This document shows, piece by piece, positions 54,901-63,079 of a stretch of 64,000 nt of DNA. A program made the translations under genes and the position numbers. The notes beneath the pieces are model-generated. The model did no database searches. It saw only the letters and a program-made list of their open reading frames with translations, and was not told the origin of the DNA. The stretch comes from Callorhinchus milii (Eukaryota). How positions within the stretch are numbered: position 1 is the stretch's first letter; each line of letters begins with the position of its first letter. Location of the stretch: positions 54,066,001 through 54,130,000 of the forward strand of contig NW_024704743.1 in NCBI RefSeq assembly GCF_018977255.1. The letters run 5' to 3'.

Positions 54901-55337
54901 TGAATTGGGTTTACACTTAAAAAATTAAAATGCCCTATTCTAGGGCTATTCTAGAACTATTATAATTTATAATTATTTGTTATTAATTCATTCTTGTTTG
55001 TTAACTGTAAGATACAATAGTTATGAAATGCACAATTACTAAAGTCACCAATAGATAGAATGGCCAGTTACAAGCTTTAAGTTATAAATCTTCTACATGT
55101 GTGTACATTTTTTTCCTTTGAAAACAGGGCTTACTTGTTCCCATTTGCCTGCAATTGACTGGCCTCTCCAATCTGAGCAGTAATGCTTGGTATAGGGAGG
55201 AGAGTCTGGCCCATCACTTGTCCTTTCACAACGTAAACTTTGCTTTTGAGATTCTCCACATGACGGTCTATGTCTTGCGAGATGAAATGTGTCCATGTTC
55301 TGTGGTTTCTCTTGTTTGAAAGGACTGGTACTAAAAC
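817..55337 (-). CDS. DNAH11: Axonemal dynein heavy chain, DNAH11-like (outer-arm beta type); partial spliced gene, 26 internal exons covering the DHC_N1 tail to the DHC_N2 linker
   Basis: 26 exons with AG acceptors and GT donors (one GC) join phase-consistently into 1487 stop-free codons. Dynein heavy-chain motifs include [30 protein letters not shown] and [38 protein letters not shown]11 is preferred over the paralogues DNAH9/DNAH17 from recalled residues (LSKGTQPEQ) and exon sizes (probably human exons 3-28); phylogeny is needed to confirm. Confidence 0.88.
1124..5468. repeat. 4.3-kb C/A-rich complex minisatellite (unit about CAGCAAACCACCACCACCCC, with variants)
   Basis: Direct tandem repetition, almost no T on the + strand, zonal variants. 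Confidence 0.97.
6185..6496 (+). mobile_element. Young tRNA-Ala-derived SINE (family A), near full length
   Basis: A box TAGCTCAGTGG, B box GAGTTCAATTCC, L2-like tail ending (ATT)n; near-identical copies elsewhere in the window. Confidence 0.92.
7156..7345 (-). mobile_element. L2 3' end fragment
   Basis: (AAC)n tail, GGAGTTCCAGAG motif. Confidence 0.7.
7454..7545 (-). CDS. DNAH11: Dynein heavy chain exon E25 (92 nt) [30 protein letters not shown]
   Basis: A-rich AAAAAG acceptor, GTACTG donor, ends phase 2. Confidence 0.9.
8300..8524 (-). CDS. DNAH11: Dynein heavy chain exon E24 (225 nt) [11 protein letters not shown]...[12 protein letters not shown]...DADFK
   Basis: TAG acceptor, GTTGGA donor; hallmark DHC_N2 motif. 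Confidence 0.95.
9388..10030 (-). mobile_element. Decayed CR1 3' fragment interrupted by a SINE tail (about 9812-9885)
   Basis: Similar to the CR1 3' ends at 45205-45500. Confidence 0.7.
10111..10233 (-). CDS. DNAH11: Dynein heavy chain exon E23 (123 nt) [14 protein letters not shown]...ETLDDNQ
   Basis: CAG acceptor, GTATGA donor. Confidence 0.93.
10492..10815 (-). mobile_element. Older DeuSINE (SacSINE1-like) copy
   Basis: Deu-like core GTGCCATGGGATCTTT...GTCTCATCCGAAGGACGG plus L2-like tail. Confidence 0.75.
11255..11374. mobile_element. 120-bp MITE-like element with 25-bp terminal inverted repeats
   Basis: GGAGGTGAAAATTTGCTGATCAGTA versus rc GGGGGTGAAATTTTGCAGATCAGTA (22/25). Confidence 0.6.
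12039..12161 (-). CDS. DNAH11: Dynein heavy chain exon E22 (123 nt) [15 protein letters not shown]...AVKELGIEK
   Basis: CAG acceptor, weak GTCCTT donor, phase 0/0. Confidence 0.92.
12300..12640. mobile_element. Fold-back / MITE-like relic with about 95-bp imperfect inverted arms
   Basis: CAGAAAAGGGGTTGAAAGGATCACCACAAAA (12324) versus rc CAGAAAGGGGTTGAACGGACCACCACAAAA (12577-12606); similarity extends on both sides. Confidence 0.65.
14252..14538 (+). repeat. Unclassified interspersed repeat (family U) ending GTGTCAGACACCCGGCTGACC-A(n)
   Basis: Homologous copies at about 23647-24580(-), 25635-25920(+), 38815-39135(+), 55740-55990(+) and 60030-60365(-). Confidence 0.8.
14709..14867 (-). CDS. 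DNAH11: Dynein heavy chain exon E21 (159 nt) [15 protein letters not shown]...[19 protein letters not shown]
   Basis: CAG acceptor, GTCAGT donor. Confidence 0.94.
16274..16357 (-). CDS. DNAH11: Dynein heavy chain exon E20 (84 nt) [28 protein letters not shown]
   Basis: Translated by hand; CAG acceptor, non-canonical donor AAG|GCAAGT. Confidence 0.9.
16365..16890 (-). mobile_element. Decayed L2 3' fragment
   Basis: rc similarity to the 51350 L2 copy plus tail. Confidence 0.65.
17010..17327 (+). mobile_element. tRNA-derived SINE family A, full length
   Basis: Same head, body and (ATT)n tail. Confidence 0.92.
17348..17506 (-). CDS. DNAH11: Dynein heavy chain exon E19 (159 nt) SNQELSALE...[17 protein letters not shown]...FVR
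   Basis: CAG acceptor, GTAAGT donor. Confidence 0.92.
17825..17911 (-). CDS. DNAH11: Dynein heavy chain exon E18 (87 nt) [29 protein letters not shown]
   Basis: Translated by hand; TAG acceptor, GTAAGA donor. Confidence 0.9.
18045..18161 (-). CDS. DNAH11: Dynein heavy chain exon E17 (117 nt) [24 protein letters not shown]...AFD
   Basis: Translated by hand; TAG acceptor, GTAAGT donor. Confidence 0.92.
18215..18640 (+). mobile_element. L2 3' fragment
   Basis: RIEF relic, CTTTGGAACTCC, tail GCGCTATGTAAATGCAA-TGTTGTTG. Confidence 0.75.
18847..19210 (-). mobile_element. Older DeuSINE-like copy
   Basis: Tail, diverged core and B box (GGCTTGAACCCACA on +). Confidence 0.72.
19580..19800 (+). mobile_element. 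Possible LF-SINE-like ancient SINE relic
   Basis: GTCTGTGCCGAGTTAGGTGATCTCAG...CCCCTGGGCTA...CTGCTTCTGATC resembles the LF-SINE-like core as I recall it; a weaker antisense relic lies at about 22990-23120. Confidence 0.4.
19908..20212 (+). mobile_element. tRNA-derived SINE family A
   Basis: A/B boxes, body, (ATT)n tail. Confidence 0.9.
20638..20860 (-). CDS. DNAH11: Dynein heavy chain exon E16 (223 nt) LNELEEFIK...FEPLKETI...MQLE
   Basis: CAG acceptor, GTAACT donor. Confidence 0.93.
21264..21433 (-). CDS. DNAH11: Dynein heavy chain exon E15 (170 nt) IDIYENL...[11 protein letters not shown]
   Basis: CAG acceptor, GTAAGT donor, ends phase 2. Confidence 0.93.
22490..22700 (+). mobile_element. 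DeuSINE-like central fragment
   Basis: GGATGAGACATTAAACCAAGG...AAAGATCCC...CTCCCGGTGTCCTGG. Confidence 0.7.
23296..23550 (-). CDS. DNAH11: Dynein heavy chain exon E14 (255 nt) NDMEDILDL...YLWVDDR...[10 protein letters not shown]
   Basis: CAG acceptor, GTAAAA donor. Confidence 0.93.
23921..24473 (+). mobile_element. Probable solo LTR (553 bp)
   Basis: TGTT...AACA termini (7/9 inverted match), AATAAA at 24400-24405, GAG on both flanks, cleanly splits a host repeat. Confidence 0.65.
24755..25014 (-). mobile_element. tRNA-derived SINE family A, 5'-truncated
   Basis: Reverse-complement match from the B box to the (ATT)n tail. Confidence 0.88.
26318..26503 (+). mobile_element. SINE family A, 3' half only
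   Basis: Body and (ATT)n tail without the tRNA head. Confidence 0.8.
26797..27129 (-). CDS. DNAH11: Dynein heavy chain exon E13 (333 nt) [23 protein letters not shown]...MDNYQ
   Basis: CAG acceptor, GTAATG donor. Confidence 0.92.
28340..28940 (+). mobile_element. Decayed L2 3' fragment
   Basis: [24 protein letters not shown] relics, tail. Confidence 0.7.
29764..30159 (-). CDS. DNAH11: Dynein heavy chain exon E12 (396 nt) [16 protein letters not shown]...KIHRLVE
   Basis: TAG acceptor, GTACGA donor, phase 0/0. Confidence 0.92.
30252..30797 (+). mobile_element. CR1 LINE 3' fragment
   Basis: [10 protein letters not shown]...GLFSLEQR; ends ATTCTCTGATTCTACG. Confidence 0.9.
30873..30977 (-). 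CDS. DNAH11: Dynein heavy chain exon E11 (105 nt) [11 protein letters not shown]...RETLTK
   Basis: Translated by hand; CAG acceptor, GTTTGT donor; LREVKYL motif. Confidence 0.92.
31601..31796 (-). CDS. DNAH11: Dynein heavy chain exon E10 (196 nt) [14 protein letters not shown]...SVNFDPQ
   Basis: CAG acceptor, GTACAA donor; VNFDP motif. Confidence 0.92.
32335..32772 (-). mobile_element. DeuSINE (SacSINE1-like), near full length
   Basis: tRNA-like head (rc GTGTCAGCCTGGCTCAGTG...GGTTCAAGCCCC), Deu core, tail. Confidence 0.8.
33445..33569 (-). CDS. DNAH11: Dynein heavy chain exon E9 (125 nt) [25 protein letters not shown]
   Basis: CAG acceptor, GTAAGT donor; KNMP..SG.L.W motif. Confidence 0.88.
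33986..34658. repeat. 14-bp minisatellite (TCTAGCTGTCMCTC)n, about 45 copies
   Basis: Direct tandem repetition. Confidence 0.97.
35188..35325 (-). CDS. DNAH11: Dynein heavy chain exon E8 (138 nt) [15 protein letters not shown]...RHVEQ
   Basis: AAG acceptor, GTTTGT donor, phase 0/0. Confidence 0.88.
35495..35611 (-). CDS. DNAH11: Dynein heavy chain exon E7 (117 nt) [24 protein letters not shown]...AFK
   Basis: Translated by hand; AAG acceptor, GTATGG donor. Confidence 0.9.
39250..39905 (+). mobile_element. Highly decayed CR1 RT fragment
   Basis: Relics of the AFD, FIIFIND and FAD motifs. Confidence 0.55.
42370..42910 (+). mobile_element. Decayed L2 3' fragment
   Basis: Similar to the 51350 copy; tail GGCGCTTTATAAAATCAAG..GTTGTTG. 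Confidence 0.7.
42924..45190 (+). mobile_element. CR1 LINE, 5'-truncated, decayed ORF2 (reverse transcriptase) plus 3' UTR
   Basis: ORF pieces carry [24 protein letters not shown] and [10 protein letters not shown], followed by FADD and LERVQRR; stops and frameshifts; terminal ATTCTATG-type repeats. Confidence 0.95.
45205..46420 (-). mobile_element. Cluster of antisense CR1 3' fragments with a nested SINE
   Basis: CR1 termini (ACATTAGAAT x2, AACATAAG x2) and LERVQRR ORF at 46176-46400. Confidence 0.8.
45948..46270 (+). mobile_element. tRNA-derived SINE family A inserted within an antisense CR1 fragment
   Basis: Full SINE; CR1 sequence stops near 45912 and resumes near 46270. Confidence 0.9.
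46548..46715 (-). CDS. DNAH11: Dynein heavy chain exon E6 (168 nt) [23 protein letters not shown]...YDPLDYNSM
   Basis: Translated by hand; CAG acceptor, GTAAAA donor; LEKLEFGG motif. Confidence 0.92.
47239..47472 (-). CDS. DNAH11: Dynein heavy chain exon E5 (234 nt) [11 protein letters not shown]...[23 protein letters not shown]
   Basis: TAG acceptor, GTAAGT donor, phase 0/0. Confidence 0.92.
47643..48290 (-). mobile_element. Two adjacent DeuSINE-like copies
   Basis: Deu core seen twice (about 47810-47885 and 48055-48180); head near 48220-48285. Confidence 0.7.
48638..48849 (-). CDS. DNAH11: Dynein heavy chain exon E4 (212 nt) [15 protein letters not shown]...LIWSHSQYY...[10 protein letters not shown]
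   Basis: Translated by hand (absent from the ORF track); AAG acceptor, GTAATA donor. Confidence 0.92.
50163..50262 (-). CDS. DNAH11: Dynein heavy chain exon E3 (100 nt) [24 protein letters not shown]
   Basis: Pyrimidine tract + CAG acceptor, GTAGGT donor, ends phase 1. Confidence 0.9.
51350..52060 (+). mobile_element. L2-clade LINE 3' fragment (RT C-terminus + 3' UTR + (TTG)n tail)
   Basis: [27 protein letters not shown] and APTLWNS relics; tail AAAGGCACTCTATAAATGTAA-(TTG)n. Confidence 0.88.
52665..53030 (+). mobile_element. tRNA-derived SINE family A, long variant with an extra central segment
   Basis: Same head and tail as the other copies, different and longer middle at about 52745-52825. 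Confidence 0.88.
53175..53313 (-). mobile_element. Penelope-like element terminal relic carrying a degenerate hammerhead ribozyme
   Basis: rc GAGTT-CTGACGA-AGGGTC-GTG-GAACC-AAAA-TG-TTG-ACTC, followed by GATGTTGCCTGACCTGCTGAGTATTCCCAG, a motif I recall from fish/shark Penelope-associated repeats. Confidence 0.6.
53330..53585 (-). mobile_element. DeuSINE-like copy, internally deleted
   Basis: Head, partial core and tail. Confidence 0.65.
54038..54227 (-). CDS. DNAH11: Dynein heavy chain exon E2 (190 nt) [19 protein letters not shown]...MCVNKQ
   Basis: CAG acceptor, GTGAGT donor; completes the split AAG codon from E1. Confidence 0.92.
54524..54905 (-). mobile_element. DeuSINE-like copy
   Basis: Head GGCTTGAACCTACAACCTTCTGACTCAGAGGCGAGAGTG, Deu core, tail. 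Confidence 0.78.
55135..55337 (-). CDS. DNAH11: Dynein heavy chain exon E1 (203 nt) [15 protein letters not shown]...QANGN
   Basis: CAG acceptor 55338-55340, GTAAGC donor, ends phase 2. Confidence 0.88.
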
Positions 55338-56029
55338 CTGGGGGAAAAATGTCAATGAAACACTTTTCCATTTAATTGTATTTTTCAACCAACATGTCTT
55401 AACGCTAACAAACAAGAATGATTTAACACCAAATAAAATCAAATTACAACAGTTCTAGGTTATGAAGAGAATTTTACCTTCTTAAACTACTGTTTCTACT
55501 GTTAAATTTATATATTTGTTTTTAAAAGCTTGTTTTTTTGATACAATTCATGAGGAACAAACAACATTTAGTTTTAAAAGCAGTTTGTGAGAGGATGTGA
55601 ATACAAGTCATAAAAGAAGCCTCTTTGCCAACACGTTTCTGTAGTAGGTTCCTTGTAACGCTAAAACAAATGTACTTAAACACTCCTTACTGTACATGTT
55701 ATTTATGAAGTTGAAATGGGTCTCCTTAATCTTGCAGGCCAAGGTTCTCCGATAGGTAGAATGGTCCTAGCTGTACAAGCAGCAATAAGCTCCAGCAGGA
55801 CACCTCTGCACACTCTGGGATCCCCAAATTTTGGTTTTTGGTTTGTGCCTAAACACTTCAGATTTAGTTATTAAGCAGGATATATCCTTCTGGGGAGAGT
55901 GTCTATCCATACCAGACAAACAGAAATCTACATATGTGGAACTCTCAGTAGTTTGGTTTGGATACTCTTAATGAAGGTGCTAGGGGTCTACATTTGTTCT
56001 CCTCTGGTTCCAATCAAGCTAGACCAAGT

Positions 56030-57140
56030 ACAAGGTAGCTACATTTGCAGATGACACCAAGTTAGGGAGAATTGTGGAGTTAGAAGAAGTTTAGCAGAAT
56101 ATGCACATGGGCTGATAACTGGCAAATGCAAGTTTCTACATATAGGAAGTAAGAATAGGAAACACATGTACTCCATGGAGGGGGAAGCTGAAAGAGATCT
56201 AGGAGTGTTAGTTAATTCTCCGCTCACCATGTCAAAATAATGTGAGGCAGCAATAAATAAGACAAGCAGGTTGCTGAGCTACATTGCAAAATAGGTTGAG
56301 TTCAGAGAGATGTAATGTGTCCATGTTCTGTGGTTTTTCTTGTTTGAAAGAACTGGACTGATAGCAATCTCTACCCCCCTCTGGTTTTCCTCTGGTTCCA
56401 ATCAAGCTACACCAAGTGCAAGATAACTCAATTTGTAGATGACACCAAGTATCTGGTCAGACTAAACCTGACGTACCGTATGTTTACAGGTCTGGTTGCT
56501 GCAACATCAGAAGGTTACCCAGTCTCTTAATGCAGTGGAGAACACAAGGGTGATCCTCAGTGTTAGTGGAATGAGTTACAATTAGGAAAGCTCTTCAGTC
56601 TCAAGTGAAGACAACTAAGGAGACCTTATTGAGGGATACAGAATTTTAAATAGAGTTGAAAAAGTTAACCCAGAATAATTCTTTAGATTGTAACAAGGCA
56701 ATAGAACAAGATGACATAGGTTTACCAATCACTCCGTCTCGCCCCCTCCTTAGCCTCCTTCAAGTCCCGCCTCAAGACCCTTTTCGACCATGCCATCGGC
56801 CACCCCCCTTCCCCTCCCCTCCCTTCTCCCCCCGACCCCAGCTCGGATCTGAAATGCTGTACACTGTCCAGCACCTTGGGACGTCCTCCCGACATGAAAG
56901 GCTCTATACAAATGTAATCGTAATGTTGTTGTTGTTGTTTAGAGTTACAAAGGGAAATTTCAGGACAGATACCAGGAACCGTTCTTTACCCAGAGGATAA
57001 TTAATGATTAGAACAGATTCCCAGGAAAGGTAGTGAGACCAAGATATTGGATGTATTTACAAAGTAGCTTGATGCTGTGAAAGGAAGGGTGGGTGGTTTG
57101 GAAAGACAAGATCAAATGGTCTAAAACACCTTCTTTATCC
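56030..57140 (+). mobile_element. Decayed CR1 RT/3' fragment containing a templated insertion and an L2 3' end (about 56730-56940)
   Basis: FADDTK, ERDLGV and LVR relics, then CR1 3' UTR-like sequence. Confidence 0.7.
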
Positions 57141-58395
57141 AAACAAATCTCCTTAACGTGAGGCCTAGATCACTGGGATTAAAGTCTCCTATATATGCTC
57201 TTTAAGGGCATTACATAAAATGAATTTTAGCAGTAATAAATCAAGTCTAAGATGTTGTGGGCTCATAGTACATAACTGCCCACAGCTCAGCATATATTTG
57301 CAATCTCACTTAGGATGGCCAGAAACAGAAAATTAGTGATTGGTGTTCAGAAAGAGTTGCTGCATTGAGATTCAAATTAAAACACATTATTGTACTATAC
57401 CACAAATGGCTATACTCCTGGCAATAAGACACCCGAATAAGGAAAACTCAAACTAAAAACTCTATTCAACAGCCCTCACCTTGCTGAAAGCAAATATTCA
57501 AAATAAAGACATGCATGGGAAAATCCAATAATACAACAACACTGTCCAGAAGAAATCAGATGCCACGATCGGTAAATTTACCAATTAGAATATCAATTTA
57601 CTAATTTAAATTTACCAATGGGAACATCACCTCCATAGTGATCAAAAACAACCTCCCACTTCTTACACTTCTTCCACAGCTACACCCCAGGCAATATTCA
57701 GTCTCAGAAAAGAATATCAATTTAACTTTGATTTACATTGACTGCGTGAAAGTCAGCGCAAAATCCCATTTCTCCATTTGAGCAGGCAATTAGTGTGTGG
57801 AGTGAACAAGGAGCATGTTTGCAGGTGCTGCTCGGTTGCCTCTGTTGTTTCCAGCTCTAGCTCTTGATAACATTCTTAGTTATCAACACACAGATCTCTT
57901 GCTTGTACACACAAGCCTTCCTTACAATATTTTATTGTAGGTACAAACAAATAAAACTACTTAGACAAAGTGATTTTAGCTTTGATCGTATTGGCAATAG
58001 CCAGATTTTCTCCATGGTGACAGCTGCATATAACAAAACAGATGAGACTGGCGGTGATTTATATGCAACTGAAAAACTAACAGCTCAATCTGGCCTCTGC
58101 TCTGCTACAATTCTGTTGCAGAATAAAAACAAGATTTTTTAGCTGATTCCTACAAGAAGTAAACCAAGACTTTTTAGCCCCTTCCTACAAAAAGTAAAAC
58201 AACAAACAAATAATAGTTGTTCTTTACCACACAAGTCATTTTCTTGATAAAGATTTAATTTCCATAGAATATTTTCTTTAATAACAGGAAACACAGAAAA
58301 TTAGTTCTGAGTTTTTCACCTGTAAATAAAGGCACCAACAATAAGCTGCTCTGTTGGATGGTCGCTGTTTTCAGTTAACTGTGTGAATGATTATA

Positions 58396-58723
58396 TAATA
58401 ATAATAATAATAATCCTTGCATTTGATATAGCGCTTTTCACGTCGGGAGGACGTCCCGAAGTGCTTCACAGAATATACTGTAAAGTGAATTGACTGTATA
58501 TTTGTGGGCGAACGCGGCAGCCAATTGCGCACAGCAATGTCCCACAAACAGTCGTAGATTGAAAATGACCAATTTATTATTGTTTTGTGTTTTTGGAGGG
58601 ATTATTATTAGGCTCTGTGTGGAGTAAGGAAACTTGCCCAAGGTTTCGCCCTCTGCCTGGAATTGAACTCAGGTCTCTCGCTTGCAAAGCGAGTGCTCTA
58701 ACCACTGAGCTACAGGATTCCAC
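58396..58723 (-). mobile_element. tRNA-derived SINE family A, full length
   Basis: Reverse complement of the 17010 copy at high identity. Confidence 0.92.
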
Positions 58724-61264
58724 AAATATAGCCTTTCCTCTTATGGTGACAACAATTTGCACTTATTTTAGCGGCCTTCACCTAGGGAGCATATTTAATA
58801 ATAATAATCCTTGCATTTGATATAGGGCCTCATCACGTCTTCGAGGTGTCTCAAAGCATTTCACCGAATATACTGTAAAGTGAATTGACTGTACATTTTG
58901 TAGGTGGAAAATATACACTTCAAAGCACTTTAGAGACTGAGTGGGAACCTGAGCTGGGAGGTAGGTAGAAGGTAGAAGGTAGGTAGAAGGGATAGAGGCA
59001 GGTGGCTTAAGGTATAAAGGATTGAAATAATCCTTCCATCTGATACAGTGCCTTTCACGTTCAGAGGACGTCTCTCAAAGCGCTTCACAGGATTTACTGT
59101 AAGGTGTACAGTAGTTACTCAGTATTTTGTAAGTGATTCTCCAAAGGTCAATCGAAGTTCACAATTGGAAAGTTTCATTCTAATTTACTGGACATGATCG
59201 ATAAATTCACAAACTGGCAAGGAATGTTCTCATCTGCTAATCTTACCAACATTCATAGATTTATTGCTCCTCTTTCTCAAGACAACAACTATCACAATTC
59301 AGTTATTGTCAGAAGGTTATAGCATATGATAACTAATTCTGCATGGAATTAAATACTAAATTACTAAACACAAATTGCAAGTGAGGTTGATTGACCAGTC
59401 CGGCACCATGAAGACCTTGAAATAGTTTACAAACTAATTTACACAGTTGGTATTCCAATTGAGGGATTTAGATAATAAATCTCAGCAGCAAATTTTAAAC
59501 AGTTTGAATCTATTACATAATAAATAATCCTTGCATTTGATATACCGCATTTCACATGGGCGATACATCTTAAAGCGCTACATAGGATTTACTGTAACAT
59601 GCAGTGATTATGTATTTTATAGGCGACTTTGTAATTTGCTGGATTGGTATACAGAATATACCAATGTTCCTATCATGCAAATGTGTGGATGAGCATGCTG
59701 AAATCCCAAGTTTCAAGACAGCAGATCACAGGAAACAATATTGCAACAGATAATGGCATTTGACCTGCAGAATAAGTATGTTATTGTTTGATTCATCATT
59801 GGTGATGCTTTACTGGTGCTCTCAAGGTGTACTTATTGATCAAGAGACATCAGCAACAAACAGCAGTCACATTATTGAAGCTGCCAGTACACAGTCAGGA
59901 CTATTTTTCTATACTTATGCAAAGAAAATGGAGAAATTCAGAAATATGTAGCAGAACACGACAAACAGTTCTTAGAACATTTGGGAATTAGTCTTGACTC
60001 CATCATTCTTTTTTGGGGGGGGGGGAGGTGGTCAGCAGAAACTCATCATCATGCTTAAGAGTATCCAAACCAAGCTGAGATTTCCATGCATCCCACCTAC
60101 ACATGGAAATCCCAGAGATAGATTGTTGGAATGGAATGTGCACTCTCACCCTGGAGGGACTCATCCTGCTTACCCAATTCCGGAAAGTATTAAGTGCAGT
60201 TTGACAAGAGCCAAGGCTTGGGATCCCCCAACAGTTGGGGTGCTGACAGAGTCTAACCAGCTAAAGCTGCATAGCTTGCCCTTGATATTGCTGTCTGGCA
60301 AGTTTTCCCACTGCTTGTCCAAATCGGACCACCCTACACATTAGGGCTTTGGCTTCGGGGTTAACAGGAGCTGAGTGGGATGACTCTCTGCTCCCAGTAA
60401 CTGGTCTGTCCTTCCAGGTCCTGCTGATAAACCAGACTGGCTGTGCTGTCATCAGCAGTGCCCTGGAATACTGTGGACCCGCCCGGCTCAGGAACTGGAC
60501 TACCAAGACCGTCACAGAGGGCAGCTTGATTCTGACATTCTGTTGCCAGACATGTCACCTTGGAGCAAGTTCAGCTCTAAGGAGATACTGCTTATCTCCT
60601 CCCCAAGGATGGGGAGGGTAAGTGAGGTCTCCATCATACCTGCCCCTGATAGATAAATAAGTACTGTCCATATCCGAAGTTGCTAATAAAAAGAAGCCAT
60701 GAGTAATATTGTACTTTTTACTCAGTATATTACACTGAAACAATACATACAGTCCACACTGAAACTTCTGAAGTAAAGCAGAAACCTGCCATTAAGGGCA
60801 GTCATAGACAGACTGATTGTGATCTCTGACACTGTCTAGTTCACTCTCTATCTTTAAATTCCACCTATGCTTACCTTCCCCTTCCTCCTTGTTTGGAGTC
60901 TGACCCCATCTTTGTGAAAACCCTCGGAGATATTATCCTACATGAAGGGCAGTGCAAATTGCTGTTATTGTGCCCTTATTAATGAAGTATCCTCATGAGT
61001 GAGCTTGGGATTTTGGACACCAATAGTTTCAAATGAAGAATAGACTCACAAAAATGACAAGAGAAATTAATTATCATAACAGAGGTGACCGCAAGGTGTG
61101 GTTTAACCGTGCAGCATACCAGCATATATAAATGGGTTGGCAAACTGTTTGCTTGTCACAGCTGAGAACAAAACACAGAAAAAACAAAGCCTTTCCCTAC
61201 CTTTCGTACATAGATACATGCAACATCAGCAAATAGTATGGTTTTATAAATAAGATACAATAAT

Positions 61265-61650
61265 AGTCACCAGTGGTAGTACTCTCACCTCAGAGTCAAA
61301 AGGTTGTGAGTTTAAGCCCCACATCAGGACTTGGAATCACAAAGTCTAAGCTAACGCTCCAATGCAATGCTGGAGGGTGTTGCATTGTCGGAGGTGCCAT
61401 CCTTCAGATGAGATGTTAAACCGAGATCCCACCTGCTGTCGAGGTGGGCATAAAAGATCCCACCGCACTATTTGAAAAGAAAAGGGAGTTTCTCCCAGTG
61501 TTCTGGCCAACAATCGTTTAGATTAATTGGTCAAACACCTCATGGCTATTTGTGGGGCCTTGCTGTGTGCAATATGGTTACTGTATTTGATATTTACAAT
61601 GACTGCATTTGACTGTAATTACTGTAAAGTGTTTTGAAATGTTTTGACAT
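61265..61650 (+). mobile_element. DeuSINE (SacSINE1-like) copy
   Basis: CAGTGGTAGTACTCTCACCTCAGAGTCA head; GGAGGTGCCATCCTTCAGATGAGATGTTAAACCGAG core. Confidence 0.8.
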
Positions 61651-62094
61651 AAGTATTAGAATGATGGATTTTTTTTCTTCAAATCTTGGGCCTTGCAGAT
61701 ATATTAAAAAAATCACTCAAGCTTCGTTCTTGTAGGTTTACGTGTTGTCTGAACCAACTGACGTACTGCTGGTTTACAACCAACAGACACGCAGCCCTAT
61801 GTGTAATGACTGCATATCATTTCAAGGCTAATCTAATTTCAGGGTTCAGATAACAAATAAACTGATTCAGTTTCACTCTGTGGTTTACGGCATCATCTAA
61901 ATAGTTAATTGAGATTATGGCCTCATAATTGTTCTTAAATATCCATTACTCTCTCTATAAAGGTTACTTTTATAGAGTAAAGAAACTGAATATTAAATGT
62001 GATCAGTTGCAATTTGTTTCCTCAATGACATGGTGTGAAAGCTAATTTCATGCAACATTTCCACAGAGCTAGCATTTGAAGTAGAACAGTGAAA

Positions 62095-63072
62095 TAAATA
62101 ACAATAGATTATTTCCTGCAACCTGTATGGCTCTTATTGTCATAATAAGATGTCTCAAGGCACTGGATAGACAGAGTGTCGGACCTGAACCGGGGGGCGG
62201 GGTCGGGGCGGGTGGAGGGAGGGGGAAGTAGGGAGATCGAAAGCACGGTCGAAGAGGAGGGTCTTGAGATGGGTCTTGAAGGTGGCGAGGGAGGGGGTGA
62301 GGCAGTAGGACTACGGGATGGAGTTCCAGAGGGTGGGTCCAGAGTGGCAGAAGGCCCACCCGCCAATAGTGGGGCGAGTGAGGCGGGGGACGTGAAGCAG
62401 GCCGGAACCGCTGAGCGGAGGAAGCGCACAGGATGGTAGGTTGTTAGGAAGTCACAGAGGTAGGGGGGAGCAAGACCATGGAGGGCTCTGAAGGTGAGGA
62501 ACAGGTTTTGGACTGTATACTCTGCGTGATGGGAAGCCAGTGGAGTTGGATGACGATGGGGGTGATAGGGTCACGGAGTCTGGTGCGGGGGAGACACTCT
62601 GAGATGCCGTCCGGCGTGGAGGGCGCTATATAAATCCAAGTTGTTGTTGTTGTTGAGAGGACACACGCTCCAGAGTCCTGGATGATCTGCAGCCTATAGA
62701 GGGAGGAGTTGGGGAGGCCGACAAGCGGGGAGTTTGCATAGTTGAGCCTCGATGTAATGAAAGCGTATATTAGGGTCTCGGCGGCCTGCGGTGTGAGACA
62801 GTGGCAGAGCCGGGCGATGTTGGGGAGGTGGGGGAAGGCAGAACGGGTCATGGCGCAGATGTGGGGTAAAAAGGATAGTTGAGGGTCAAACAAGACCCCA
62901 AGATTCCGGACTGGCTCAGTGAGGTGGAGTGTGTAACCGTGGATAGTGATGCTGACACTGCCTGAGGTGAGGAGGTGCTGTCGGAAGCCAATCAGGAGAG
63001 CCTCGGTCTTGTTGACTTTCAACTGAAGAAAGTTAGCTCTCATCCAGGACTTGATGTCTGACACACATTCTG
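62095..63072 (-). mobile_element. L2-clade LINE 3' fragment (RT C-terminus)
   Basis: ORF 62444-63160: DIKSWM..NFLQL...KTE, RNLGVLFD, SRLNYAN, LHWLPI. Confidence 0.9.
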
Positions 63073-63079
63073 TTAGGCC

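Noticed and set aside
56307..56359. Alternative or duplicated functional dynein exon
   Set aside because: Only about 50 bp of E1 is copied, with an indel, and without the E1 acceptor or donor.
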